64,000 bases of DNA from Chloropicon primus. Lineage: Eukaryota. This document shows, piece by piece, positions 54,879-64,000 of this stretch. Made by a program: the position numbers and the translations under genes. Below the pieces are notes generated by a model. It saw nothing but the letters and a program-made list of their open reading frames with translations, was not told the DNA's origin and searched no databases. The stretch's first letter is position 1. Every line of letters starts with the position of its first letter. Where the stretch lies: positions 124,001 to 188,000 of the forward strand of contig CP060756.1 of the NCBI GenBank assembly GCA_023205875.1. Reading direction: 5' to 3'.

Positions 54879-55610
54879 CTACGAGCTCGGGCTCTTCGGT
54901 TCTTTCTGCGCAGGATCTGGTGGATCGAGCGCGCCCCGCCCCGCCGGACTTTCCCCGGCTTCGTCCTTCGAGGCCTGCTCCTCGTCCTTCGAGGCCTGCT
55001 CCTCGTCCTCTGTTTCACTCAGGCAAGGGTTTTGCCGGCCGCTGCCCCTCCTGTCCGATCCAACCTGGAGCTCCCCTAGCTCACTGTCGCTGCCCTCCAA
55101 CCCTTCCGAGCTGTCGTCAAGCTTATCGCTCCACCGCTGCCTCTTGGCGTTGCCCCCCGCCGAGGCGCCTGACCTTCTCCTGGCACCAAGCTGCACCTCG
55201 ACGACCCCCTCGTCGTCCTCGTCGTCTTCGCTATCGAGGACCAAACTCTTCCTCCTTCGAGACTTCTCCTCCTCCTTGTTTCCCTCCTCGCTCTCCTCCT
55301 TGCCCTCCCCCTCCTCGCTCCCCTCCTCGCTCTCCTCGCTCTCCTCTTCGTGTGCGATGAAGTCCCTCAGGTCATCCGCGCCCTCGTCGTCGCTATGGGG
55401 CTCCTCGAAGACTCCGCTCACCCGCCTGCGGTAGTCGTACCGCTTCTTCTGTGGCTGCGCCTTGGCACCCTGCCAGTCGAGTCCAGCCCGGTAATCCGAA
55501 GGAAACAACGCCCTCTCCCTCTCCTCTTCCATCTCGAGCACATCGTGGGGCGCCCTCCTCGTCACAGGTTCCTCGTCCTCCTCGTCCTCGGACCACTCCC
55601 TCAGACCCAT
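54879..55610 (-). CDS. Acidic low-complexity hypothetical protein
   Basis: D/E/S-rich ORF with DDLRDFIA motif. Confidence 0.5.
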   Translation of the reverse strand: MGLREWSEDEEDEEPVTRRAPHDVLEMEEERERALFPSDYRAGLDWQGAKAQPQKKRYDYRRRVSGVFEEPHSDDEGADDLRDFIAHEEESEESEEGSEEGEGKEESEEGNKEEEKSRRRKSLVLDSEDDEDDEGVVEVQLGARRRSGASAGGNAKRQRWSDKLDDSSEGLEGSDSELGELQVGSDRRGSGRQNPCLSETEDEEQASKDEEQASKDEAGESPAGRGALDPPDPAQKEPKSPSS

Positions 55611-56096
55611 CACACCACCGCGGCCCCTCAAAGTCAATCCAATCCGAGAGACCCCCTCGGCTTCTTCCACAAGGACGAGCTCGCAACGTTTTCGTCGCTC
55701 AATTCCTCACCAGAGCTCCATTCCTTTCGAGAGTGAGCTCTTTCGAAAGAGGAAGAGACACCGGTTCCGCCCTCCCGTCGCCTTCCATCTCGTTCTTCTT
55801 TGGTCCTCGGCCTCGTCGCGCGCACCTCGGTCGTCTCCCCCCCTCTGTCAGGGGATCGGTTAATTTTTACGAAGCCAGAGAGCCAAAGCAAAAACTTTTG
55901 TTGGATCGCGATCGATTGGTCACTCCCTCGCGACACGGACCAAGACCGTGACTTGGCGGTGAAGGGCCTCGGTCTTGGTTTGGTTTCCTGACACTCTGCA
56001 AAGGCGAAGGCTCTTCGGGGTCCGAGTTTTTGTGTCATCTTTGGTTCGTCTTGAGTAGGGTTGTTGAGGAAAGAGACGGTTTGCTTTGTGAGGAGG

Positions 56097-58310
56097 ATGG
56101 TCGTGAACGAGGCCAGATTCAGCACGCAGAGGGACAAGCACTATCCTGAGGACACCATGGAAGGTGGCTGCTCGCCCTTGTCGCACATGTCTTTGCCGAA
56201 GACGGAGAAGCAGAACCCCCAGGTGTCCTCCTCCTCCACGTCTTCCTCGGCCGAGTACTGCAGCTGGAATATCAAGTCAGAGACGGTCACGCCGGGACTT
56301 CCCGGGAGGAGCGGGACGTGTTATCCAGTATGGTAAGCGAGGAGAGCCCTGGCACCCCGCTTCCTGCGCTCGCACGTCGTGCGGACTCCGCTGACGGAAT
56401 TGTTTTCTCCTCTTGTTCTTGTCTTTTCCTTGCCTTGTCTTGTTTCTCCTGCTGTCTGTAGTCTGTGCCCGCCCAGCTTGTCGAGGTCGGTCAAGCCGCA
56501 GAAGAGGGAGCCCATGGCGGACACGAACGACCAGCTCGTGAGGGACATGATGCTCCACGACGCGGAGCGGATGTCCCACCCGGATGCCGTGGTGAACCGG
56601 CTCGTGTACGACTCGCACGACTGCCCTAGCTCGCAGTCCCAGCCGTGGCGCACGATCAAGCCGGACGCCTGGCCCTTCAAGAACATGAAGATGAAGCGGG
56701 ACCTCCTGGAGCAGCACGCGGGGGAGATGCTGATGAGTTTCGTCACCAAGACGATGCAGCCGTGGTATGCCCCCGAGAACGAGAGTGACAAGACTCTTGT
56801 CTTCGAGAGCAGGTTTGAGTCAGGCAACTTGAGGCGAGCCATCCAGGTTTACAACACCGAGTACGACCTCATCCTTCGGCCGGACATCAACACGAGGGGG
56901 CACACCCAGTGGTTCTTCTTCAGCATCTCGAACACCAGGAAGAATGTACACTACAAGATCAATATTATCAACATGCAGAAGGACGAGTCACTGTACCATA
57001 TCGGGATGCAGCCCATCATTTACTCGGAGAAGACTGCGGCTGCGGAGGGCAGGCACTGGCACAGAGCGGGGCACAACGTTTGCTACTACCAGAACAACAT
57101 CAAACGAAAGAACGGCAAGTTCTACTACACGCTCACCATGACCTTTGAGGCGCTTCATGACAACGACACCATCTACGTGGCGCACTGCTACCCTTACACG
57201 TACAGCGAGCTCCAGAAGTACATCTATGGCCTTGAGGTGGACCCGAAGCGGTCGCTCCGGGTGAAGAGGGAGATCCTGTGCAAGACCCTGGCAGGGAACA
57301 ACTGCGACCTCCTGACGATCACGAACTTCAACCTGCACCCCCAGATTTTGGACAGCAGGAAGCACGTGGTCATCACCGGCCGGGTGCACCCGGGCGAGTC
57401 CAACGCCAGTTGGATGATGAGGGGAGCTCTAGAGTTCCTCACGGGGGACAGCCTCGAGGCGAAATTGCTGAGGGACAACTTTGTGTTCAAAATTGTCCCC
57501 ATGCTCAACCCCGACGGGGTGATTAATGGCAACTACAGGTGCAGCCTCGCGGGGGTGGACCTGAATAGGGTCTGGCACTACCCCTCGAAGAAGCTGCACC
57601 CCACGATCTTCTACACCAAGGAGATGATCGGCAGGCTTCAGGAGGACCACAAGGTTTTGCTGATGGGCGACTTTCACGGGCACTCGAGGAAGTGCAACGT
57701 CTTCATGTACGGCTGCGAGAGGAAAGCCACGGACAACTCGAACTTCAAGATCTCCGGGATACCTGGCTTTGGCGTAACCGACTCGATGAACTTCAGGATA
57801 CAGGAGAAGATTTTCCCGTGGCTGCTGAAGAAAAACGCTCCAGACATCTTCTCCTTCGAGATGTCGTCCTTCAAGGTGCAGAAGTCCAAGGAAAACACCG
57901 CGAGGGTTGTCTGCTGGCGGGAATTCGGACTGATCAACTCCTTCACCCTGGAGGCTTCCTTCGGGGGGCCCTCGGAAGGGGCCAACGCGTGGATGCACTT
58001 TGGGATCCAAGACTTCGAGGAGATGGGAGCCAAGTTTGCGGAGACCATACTCGACTTTTGCAATCCCGACCAGACCCTCATCAAGGAGGTGTGCCTGGAG
58101 CTGGAATCACAGTACCCCGTGTCCAAGCAAAGCGCCGCCCTCGCCATGAAGTTGGAGTTCGAGTCCAACAAGGACTCGGACGACAGCGGCACCGATTCCG
58201 ACGACAGCGGAGACGAGGACAAGGAATCGAAGAAGGCAAAGAAGCCTCAAAAGAAAAAACCGGTTCGGAAGCGGAGAGCCTCCCTGGTGGAGAGGCAGAC
58301 CGTGAAGTGA
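56097..58310 (+). CDS. Cytosolic carboxypeptidase (CCP/AGBL tubulin deglutamylase); intron 56333-56461
   Basis: FESRFESGNL, QWFFF, YPYTYS, RVHPGESNAS, NPDGVINGNYR, DLNR, DFHGHS, FTLEAS. Confidence 0.93.
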
Positions 58311-58400
58311 AAGCAAACAAACCATAAACATAAACACATTCTTGATCAAGTTTTCTTTTCTCAATCCAGATCTCGTGGATCCGCAATCACAATCGCTGCC

Positions 58401-59369
58401 ATGGCTGCTGGAGCGGCTGGACGACGAGTCGCAAGCACTAGTGCGAGTGCGAGGGGTTCGGAGGACGAGAGGCGCGCAAGAGGGGGGCCACGGCCGCGAC
58501 AGGCGAATCGCCGCGTGGTTGTCGCGGCGCCGAAGCGAAGAGCGACGGCAGCGCGGATTGCTTTGGAGGACGAGAGGTGCTCGAGAGGGAGGAGGCCAAG
58601 CCCGCGGCAGGCGCGGACGCGAAGAGTGGCGGCAGCGCGGAGCATGGCGGGCTCTTTGGGCTTCGAGCTCGACAGGAGCAAGCACTTCGATGAGATCTGG
58701 AGAACGTCTCCGGGGGAGGGGGACAACATTGTCGGCGTGGTTGGGTTTGGGAGCCTCCTGTCTGAGAAGTCTGCTCGGTCCACCTTCGACTCGGTCCTGA
58801 ACTTTCGGCTTGGTAGGGTGACAAACTACAGGAGAATCTTCTCGCACGTCGCGCCCATATTCCTGGAGCGCGGGATCGCGAAGAGGGAGACCAAGGAGAT
58901 GGCGTCCCTCTCGGTGGAGGAGGGCACGGAGGCCGACTCGATCGTGGTGTCTCTCTTCGACATGAAGGCTGAGGAGGTTCCCGCTTTTATCGCCAGAGAG
59001 GAGGAGTATCGCTTCGTGGCGGTCCAGCCGAAGGAGCTGGATGGCACGGCTTCGGAGGGACTTCACGTGATGTGCGTGGCGTCTTGCGACGAGGACTTCA
59101 TCTCTAATTATGGGAAGGAGAGATTCATGGAGAGGTACGGCCGGTACGACATCGAGAGGGTGTGGGCGGATGACTTGCTGCCGTGCCCCGTCTACCTTCG
59201 TCACTGTGTTCTTGCCGCTGAGAAGATGGGATCGGCGTGCCACGACAGCTTCTTGGACTACACCTACCTCGCTGACAGGAAGACTAGCATCAGGAACTAC
59301 TTGGCGGACCGGCCGGAGATACTCACGGAGCTTCCGCCGGATCACCTCGCTGAGAGGTACGGTGGGTGA
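58401..59369 (+). CDS. Conserved plant-type protein, gamma-glutamylcyclotransferase-like motif, probable transit peptide
   Basis: VVGFGSLLS...RRIF...REEEYRF...PCPVYLRHCVLAA. Confidence 0.65.
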   Translation: MAAGAAGRRVASTSASARGSEDERRARGGPRPRQANRRVVVAAPKRRATAARIALEDERCSRGRRPSPRQARTRRVAAARSMAGSLGFELDRSKHFDEIWRTSPGEGDNIVGVVGFGSLLSEKSARSTFDSVLNFRLGRVTNYRRIFSHVAPIFLERGIAKRETKEMASLSVEEGTEADSIVVSLFDMKAEEVPAFIAREEEYRFVAVQPKELDGTASEGLHVMCVASCDEDFISNYGKERFMERYGRYDIERVWADDLLPCPVYLRHCVLAAEKMGSACHDSFLDYTYLADRKTSIRNYLADRPEILTELPPDHLAERYGG

Positions 59370-59459
59370 GCGGTGCGCCGATCAAAAGCTGTAGTACACG
59401 TACACTGTTGTTGTTGTTGTTGTCGTTGTTTATACAGTACAATAAAGCAAGGAACAGAA

Positions 59460-61226
59460 TCAGCCGTAGATCTTCGACTGCTTCTTCCTCATTCTCGCTT
59501 GCATGACCTTAGCGGTCGCGATGGTCGACACGGAGGACCTCCGCCGAGCCACTCCACCACCGCCCTCCTCGTCCTCGCTGTGCTTGTTGAGCTTCCTGTT
59601 CATAATTTCGAGCTTGGCCTTCGTCTGCATGTGAGTTCTCTTCTCCTGGTAAATCTCCGTGCGGAGCTCGGAGATTTTCTGGTACAAGCCATTGATGGTC
59701 TCGTCTTCCAAGTCCTTCTGAGTCCCGACGTGGATCTTGGGGACCTCCTCGACCAGGGTGGCCTTCTCCACCACCACCTTTTCCTCGCTTTCGGGTTCAC
59801 CACCACTCGCTGCCACGGCGGTGGCCCCCTTCTCGAGGGGTCTTGCTCGCTCCAAGTTCGCTTTCATGGACTCGACCTTTGCCACGATTCCCCTCGCCTT
59901 CTTCGCTTGGGCGTTCTCGAAGAGGTCCAAGGCGACGTTGACCTTGCTGGAGAATGCGGCGAAAAGATCGTCGATACTTGCCTGAAGCTGCAGAATGGAC
60001 AAATTTTCCTGCAAAGGAATGGGTTCCTTGAGCATCTCCCTCGCCAGTTCGACCTCCCCCTCGCCGTCCTTGGGCTCGGGCTCGGACTCGGGCTCGGATT
60101 CGGACTCCCCGCCAGGTACGGCCCCGGGGATCGCCCCGGGGATCCCTGGATCCTCACCCCTTCCCCGTCTCTGGCTCTTGGAGAGCTCCAAAATTTTCGT
60201 CACCGCCTCAACCTCGTTTTGAGTAGCCCCGTCTCCAGAACGCTGCACCTGCAGGGTAGGACGCTTGAGCTGCTCTCCAAGAACAGCATCAAGAGACTTT
60301 TGCACTTTTTTCGTTGAAGTGTGGACGTCAAACACACCGATGACTGGCCTGTGGTCCGAAGACTTCATGCCTCTCACCGCGTCGTAGAGCCACAGCACCA
60401 CCTCCACATTCTGGGCCGCACCGCCGTCGCACACTTTCCACAGGATTCGGTCCGTCCAGGACGGCACCCGCTGCTTGGAGGACGTGTCGTAGTTATCCGT
60501 GCCATTGTCGAACTTGTAGGTTGGCAAGAAGTTTATTCCGCCCTCCACGTAGTCCACGAAAGCGCGCTTGCTGGCAATCTCGTTCTGCAGCTGGTCGTTC
60601 GCGAGGAGGACGTTCATCATCCCCTTCTTCAGCAGGTAATCCACGCTCTTTCTATTTCCCTCGATCCTGTAGTTGAAGTCCCCGCACCAGAAGATCAGGT
60701 CAGCGAGGTCCTCGATGTTTGGCTTCGTACCCGGTTCGGCCTTTTCTTTGAAAAGCTCTGAAGTTATTCTGTGATAGTCCTGATTTCGCTGATCCACTTT
60801 GTCTTGCTGCGCGGCCAAGTGGCTGTTCACGAACAGGAGCTTCAGCGACTGGATCTTCACCAAGAACCCAACAGCTCCCTTGTTCCAGTAGATGTTGCCT
60901 ATGCCGCACGACACGATGTCCGTCTCTATGTCGAACTCGTAGTCCTTCACAATGTCCTCCGTGACAAAGATAGCCAGGTGTATTCCGCCTATGTTCCCTT
61001 CCCCGATGAGCATGAACGGGTCCCCCAGCTCACTCAATACGTACTCGGACCACGTGCCCACCTGGCTGCCCTCCTGCACTCCGACGGCGTACACGCACCG
61101 CTCCAGAGTCTCTGGGTCCTTGGACAGCATAAGCAAGCTCTCCGGTATCCCATCACTCGGCAGGCGTGAGTTCATGTTCCAGGTCACCACGTGAATTCGA
61201 AGAGATAAGTCCCCCATGGCTGCCAT
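59460..61226 (-). CDS. Inositol polyphosphate 5-phosphatase (possibly INPP5E-like) with coiled-coil tail
   Basis: VTWNMN, GVQE, NKGAV, WCGDFNYR, PTYKFD...SKQRVPSWTDRIL, SDHRPV. Confidence 0.9.
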   Translation of the reverse strand: MAAMGDLSLRIHVVTWNMNSRLPSDGIPESLLMLSKDPETLERCVYAVGVQEGSQVGTWSEYVLSELGDPFMLIGEGNIGGIHLAIFVTEDIVKDYEFDIETDIVSCGIGNIYWNKGAVGFLVKIQSLKLLFVNSHLAAQQDKVDQRNQDYHRITSELFKEKAEPGTKPNIEDLADLIFWCGDFNYRIEGNRKSVDYLLKKGMMNVLLANDQLQNEIASKRAFVDYVEGGINFLPTYKFDNGTDNYDTSSKQRVPSWTDRILWKVCDGGAAQNVEVVLWLYDAVRGMKSSDHRPVIGVFDVHTSTKKVQKSLDAVLGEQLKRPTLQVQRSGDGATQNEVEAVTKILELSKSQRRGRGEDPGIPGAIPGAVPGGESESEPESEPEPKDGEGEVELAREMLKEPIPLQENLSILQLQASIDDLFAAFSSKVNVALDLFENAQAKKARGIVAKVESMKANLERARPLEKGATAVAASGGEPESEEKVVVEKATLVEEVPKIHVGTQKDLEDETINGLYQKISELRTEIYQEKRTHMQTKAKLEIMNRKLNKHSEDEEGGGGVARRRSSVSTIATAKVMQARMRKKQSKIYG

Positions 61227-61765
61227 CTTGCCCCTGCCCCAATGCCAGCGAGCCAATGTTCAAACTACAACCCGCTGCAACGACTGGGCACAAGTCTCGA
61301 TTGAATCCCACCCCTGAACTTTGAGTTCACAATCTCATCCTCCTTCACGAGTCAACAAAACAAGAGGGGCACGACCAAGTGACGCAATGGCCGGCAATTC
61401 AACCATTCCTCTCACAACAGGGAAGCAAGCGTATCGTGTATCACACAATGGGACCTCACAATGGGACCTCACAATGTCTTCGTCTCAGACTCTCTCCCTC
61501 AGACTCCCGAGACCTCGTCGTATTTCTCTAATTGAGTACCAAAATTCGAAAATCTCGAGCAAAGATGAGGAGGAGGAGGGCACATGATGGATGGATGGGT
61601 GATGTGCTGGTTAACACAAAGCGCACCGGAGACGGAGGAGGATAGGTCTCGACGGTTTTCGATTCATACCTCGGTCGACTCTCGACTCGAATCGTTTGAC
61701 GTTTGACATCATCCCATCCCGGGGATCGAGCACTGTGGGGCAGAGCAAGGGGTGAGACAGAGAGG

Positions 61766-62479
61766 ATGGCCAAGGGGCTGGTGATGATGAACGTGGTCGG
61801 GGTGGTGTTCCTGTTCCTCGTGCTGGGGGTGGTTGGAGCTGAATCGATACGGTTGAGTCCTGATCCTCCGAGCCCAGTCTTGCCTGCAACCTTCACGGCT
61901 GGCTTCGACGAGACCATGGATTACTTCGGCCTCACGGGGGCGACCCAAGGGGTCTTGTACTACGACTCTTTGAAAGGGTACGAGAGGATGGACAGAGAGA
62001 ACGGCGAGGCTGACAGGTACTGTGGCACGGCGCACCTCTTCTCCAAAACTCCGTGCACTCACCTGATCGTGGATTCCACGAGGTGGCTGATCTTCCCACA
62101 GAGGCAGTCGTGCTGCTATTGCTGTGACAGTGCGGACGGCTGCGGCATAGTGAAGAGAGACTTCCTTGCCAACGCCACCTTTGTTGGATATGAGGAGGTA
62201 AATGGGACCAGCGTGCAGCATTGGAAGGAGGAGGGCCTCCAAGAGAACGATTACTGGCAGACCGACGACCAAAAGCCCGTCAGACTCTACCAGAAGCCCA
62301 ACGATGACATGCGGTTCAAGGGCACCGACCTCAAGCCTATCGACCCTTCCGTCTTCCAGGTTCCAGACTATTGCAGCAGCGACAAGCAGTGCGGGGGGAC
62401 CTGCTCCTTCCTGCGCAAGCGGGCGTCCAGGTCCGTCAGCAAGTCAGGGGGTCGCCCAAAGGGAATCCTCGTGGAGTGA
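61766..62479 (+). CDS. Secreted Cys-rich protein, ependymin-related-like
   Basis: Signal peptide; G.LYYD...ERMD; CCYCC...CG; VFQVPDYC. Confidence 0.6.
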   Translation: MAKGLVMMNVVGVVFLFLVLGVVGAESIRLSPDPPSPVLPATFTAGFDETMDYFGLTGATQGVLYYDSLKGYERMDRENGEADRYCGTAHLFSKTPCTHLIVDSTRWLIFPQRQSCCYCCDSADGCGIVKRDFLANATFVGYEEVNGTSVQHWKEEGLQENDYWQTDDQKPVRLYQKPNDDMRFKGTDLKPIDPSVFQVPDYCSSDKQCGGTCSFLRKRASRSVSKSGGRPKGILVE

Positions 62480-62548
62480 GAGAACGCGACCTGTAAAAAC
62501 AAAGCTTCTTGTTTTTTATCCTAAATATACTAGTTTAGCTGGTTGGTT

Positions 62549-63967
62549 TTACAATAGAATGGAAAAGCTCTTGGAGCAAGGGCTTGGAGGACCCATGTCG
62601 TGACCGCAGGTGGGGCACGGGTACACGTAGCACTCTTGCTCCGATGACGACGCATTCTCGGCCAAGTTCTCGTCGAAATCCGACATTCTGACGCTCTCCC
62701 CCCTCGTTCGGAGCTGCCGGTGCTGCAGAACAGTCCTTACGTTCCCCCTTGCCATGCTTTCGCAACCCAGGCAAATCACATGCCCGCACTGCAGGAGTTG
62801 CAGCTGCGACATGGCGTCATCCCCGTCGCCAAGGCTGCAGAACGGCGCCTGGCACATGGTCTGGTCGGTGTTCAGAGGGATGTCCTCGAGCTTCCTCATG
62901 CACATCCGGAAGAAGAGCTGCGTGCTGCCAACCGAAACGTTGGGGTGCTTCATGAGGAAGCTCTCCGTCTTCTCGGCGATGACCTCGAAGCTCGACCGAG
63001 ATATCCGATGACACACCCCGCCCATGTAAGCGATGCCCAGGCGCTGCAAGTTGTTCGCCAGAGGCGTGCCCGATATGATGTCGAGAGTGTCCTCCAGCAT
63101 GATTCCGCTGCACCTCGACATGTTCAAGTGCATCAGCTTGGGGCAGCACTCCACGATGACCTCCAGCACTCGCTTTGTCAGCAGCCAGCACCCGGAGACG
63201 TCGAGGTACGTCAGGTTGGCCCCGCAGCACCTCAGGATGGGCAGCAGGGACTTTTCCGTGACCTGGACGCAGGACGGAAGAGATATGGACGAGACTTTGG
63301 ATAAAGCCTTGTCGCTTCCCAGCAGCACGAGGAGCTCATGGTCCGCCACCGAGTGCGCCAGCTTGTTCAGGTGCAGCGCCCTCCAGACGTCCGCGCTCCT
63401 CACCAACTTCCCCCACCTCTTGCACACCCGAGAGAGGGACATCATGGAGGTCGGGCAGTTGTCCGACTGCTGGAGAACTTCTGTGAAGATCTTACGGAGC
63501 TGGTCGTCCTCCAGGTCGTTCAAGCCGGGAACAGTCGTCGTCACCGACAGCGCGAAGTCCACGTACTGTATCTGCTGGGCGAGAGCCGTGCTCGACCCCG
63601 AGAACGAGCACATCTGCCGCCTCAACTTCCTTGCCTTATCCAGCAGCGTCCTCTTCTGCTGGCTCAGATTCTTGTAGTACTTGAGGTCGGTTCGACACGA
63701 GCACCGCCTGAGGGCCACCTCCACTGCCGCGAGGTTGAGGCAGGCCTTCTCGATCTCTTTCAGGACGACCAACTCCGCCTCCCCCAGCTTTCGTACCTCT
63801 TGCACGCCATCCACAGTGCCCGACCCCGCAGCCTCGAGGCCCGTCTTCTGCCTCTTCTTCACCACCTGAGCGGGCGGCGTCAAGAACTCCGGAGACTCCG
63901 GCGCGCAGTTTCCCTTCGGCGTGTCCGCAGCCATGGTGGTCGCGTTATCTTTGTACTCCTCCGTCAT
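62549..63967 (-). CDS. F-box/LRR protein with C-terminal RING-like Cys cluster
   Basis: LNDLEDDQLRKIF...LSRVCKRW; LRRs LTYLDVSGC and LMHLNMSRC; CGHVIC..C...CPTC. Confidence 0.8.
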   Translation of the reverse strand: MTEEYKDNATTMAADTPKGNCAPESPEFLTPPAQVVKKRQKTGLEAAGSGTVDGVQEVRKLGEAELVVLKEIEKACLNLAAVEVALRRCSCRTDLKYYKNLSQQKRTLLDKARKLRRQMCSFSGSSTALAQQIQYVDFALSVTTTVPGLNDLEDDQLRKIFTEVLQQSDNCPTSMMSLSRVCKRWGKLVRSADVWRALHLNKLAHSVADHELLVLLGSDKALSKVSSISLPSCVQVTEKSLLPILRCCGANLTYLDVSGCWLLTKRVLEVIVECCPKLMHLNMSRCSGIMLEDTLDIISGTPLANNLQRLGIAYMGGVCHRISRSSFEVIAEKTESFLMKHPNVSVGSTQLFFRMCMRKLEDIPLNTDQTMCQAPFCSLGDGDDAMSQLQLLQCGHVICLGCESMARGNVRTVLQHRQLRTRGESVRMSDFDENLAENASSSEQECYVYPCPTCGHDMGPPSPCSKSFSILL

Positions 63968-64000
63968 CTCGCCGCTCTCCTTCTGCTGGCTGGCCGAGGG

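Noticed and set aside
52939..55434. 831-aa plus-strand ORF
   Set aside because: Crosses three separately supported genes in antisense or alternative frames; low-complexity translation
61444..61476. 13-bp tandem repeat CACAATGGGACCT
   Set aside because: About 2.5 copies, consistent with local slippage; no further support

Overview
Gene-dense, GC-rich eukaryotic DNA with few, short GT-AG introns, TGTAA poly(A) signals and plastid transit peptides. This points to a compact green-algal (chlorophyte picoalga, Chloropicon-like) nuclear genome; the organism is an inference. The window holds about 30 housekeeping genes, several cilium/tubulin-code genes, and a complete H2B-H2A/H3-H4/H1 histone cluster whose core genes share a 3' stem-loop, a conserved downstream motif and a promoter motif. 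The outstanding element is an intact IS607-type TnpB/Fanzor2 RNA-guided nuclease gene (1400-3571, minus strand) with a repeat-expanded basic N-terminus. It is followed by a strongly structured putative omegaRNA (~1247-1400) that is bounded by a TGTAA signal at its 5' side and a perfect spliceosomal donor/mini-intron at its 3' (guide) side. A 5'-truncated giant-virus-type ankyrin-like repeat gene, an aminotransferase pseudogene fragment and a local promoter duplication are also present. All calls come from reading motifs by eye; no searches were run.
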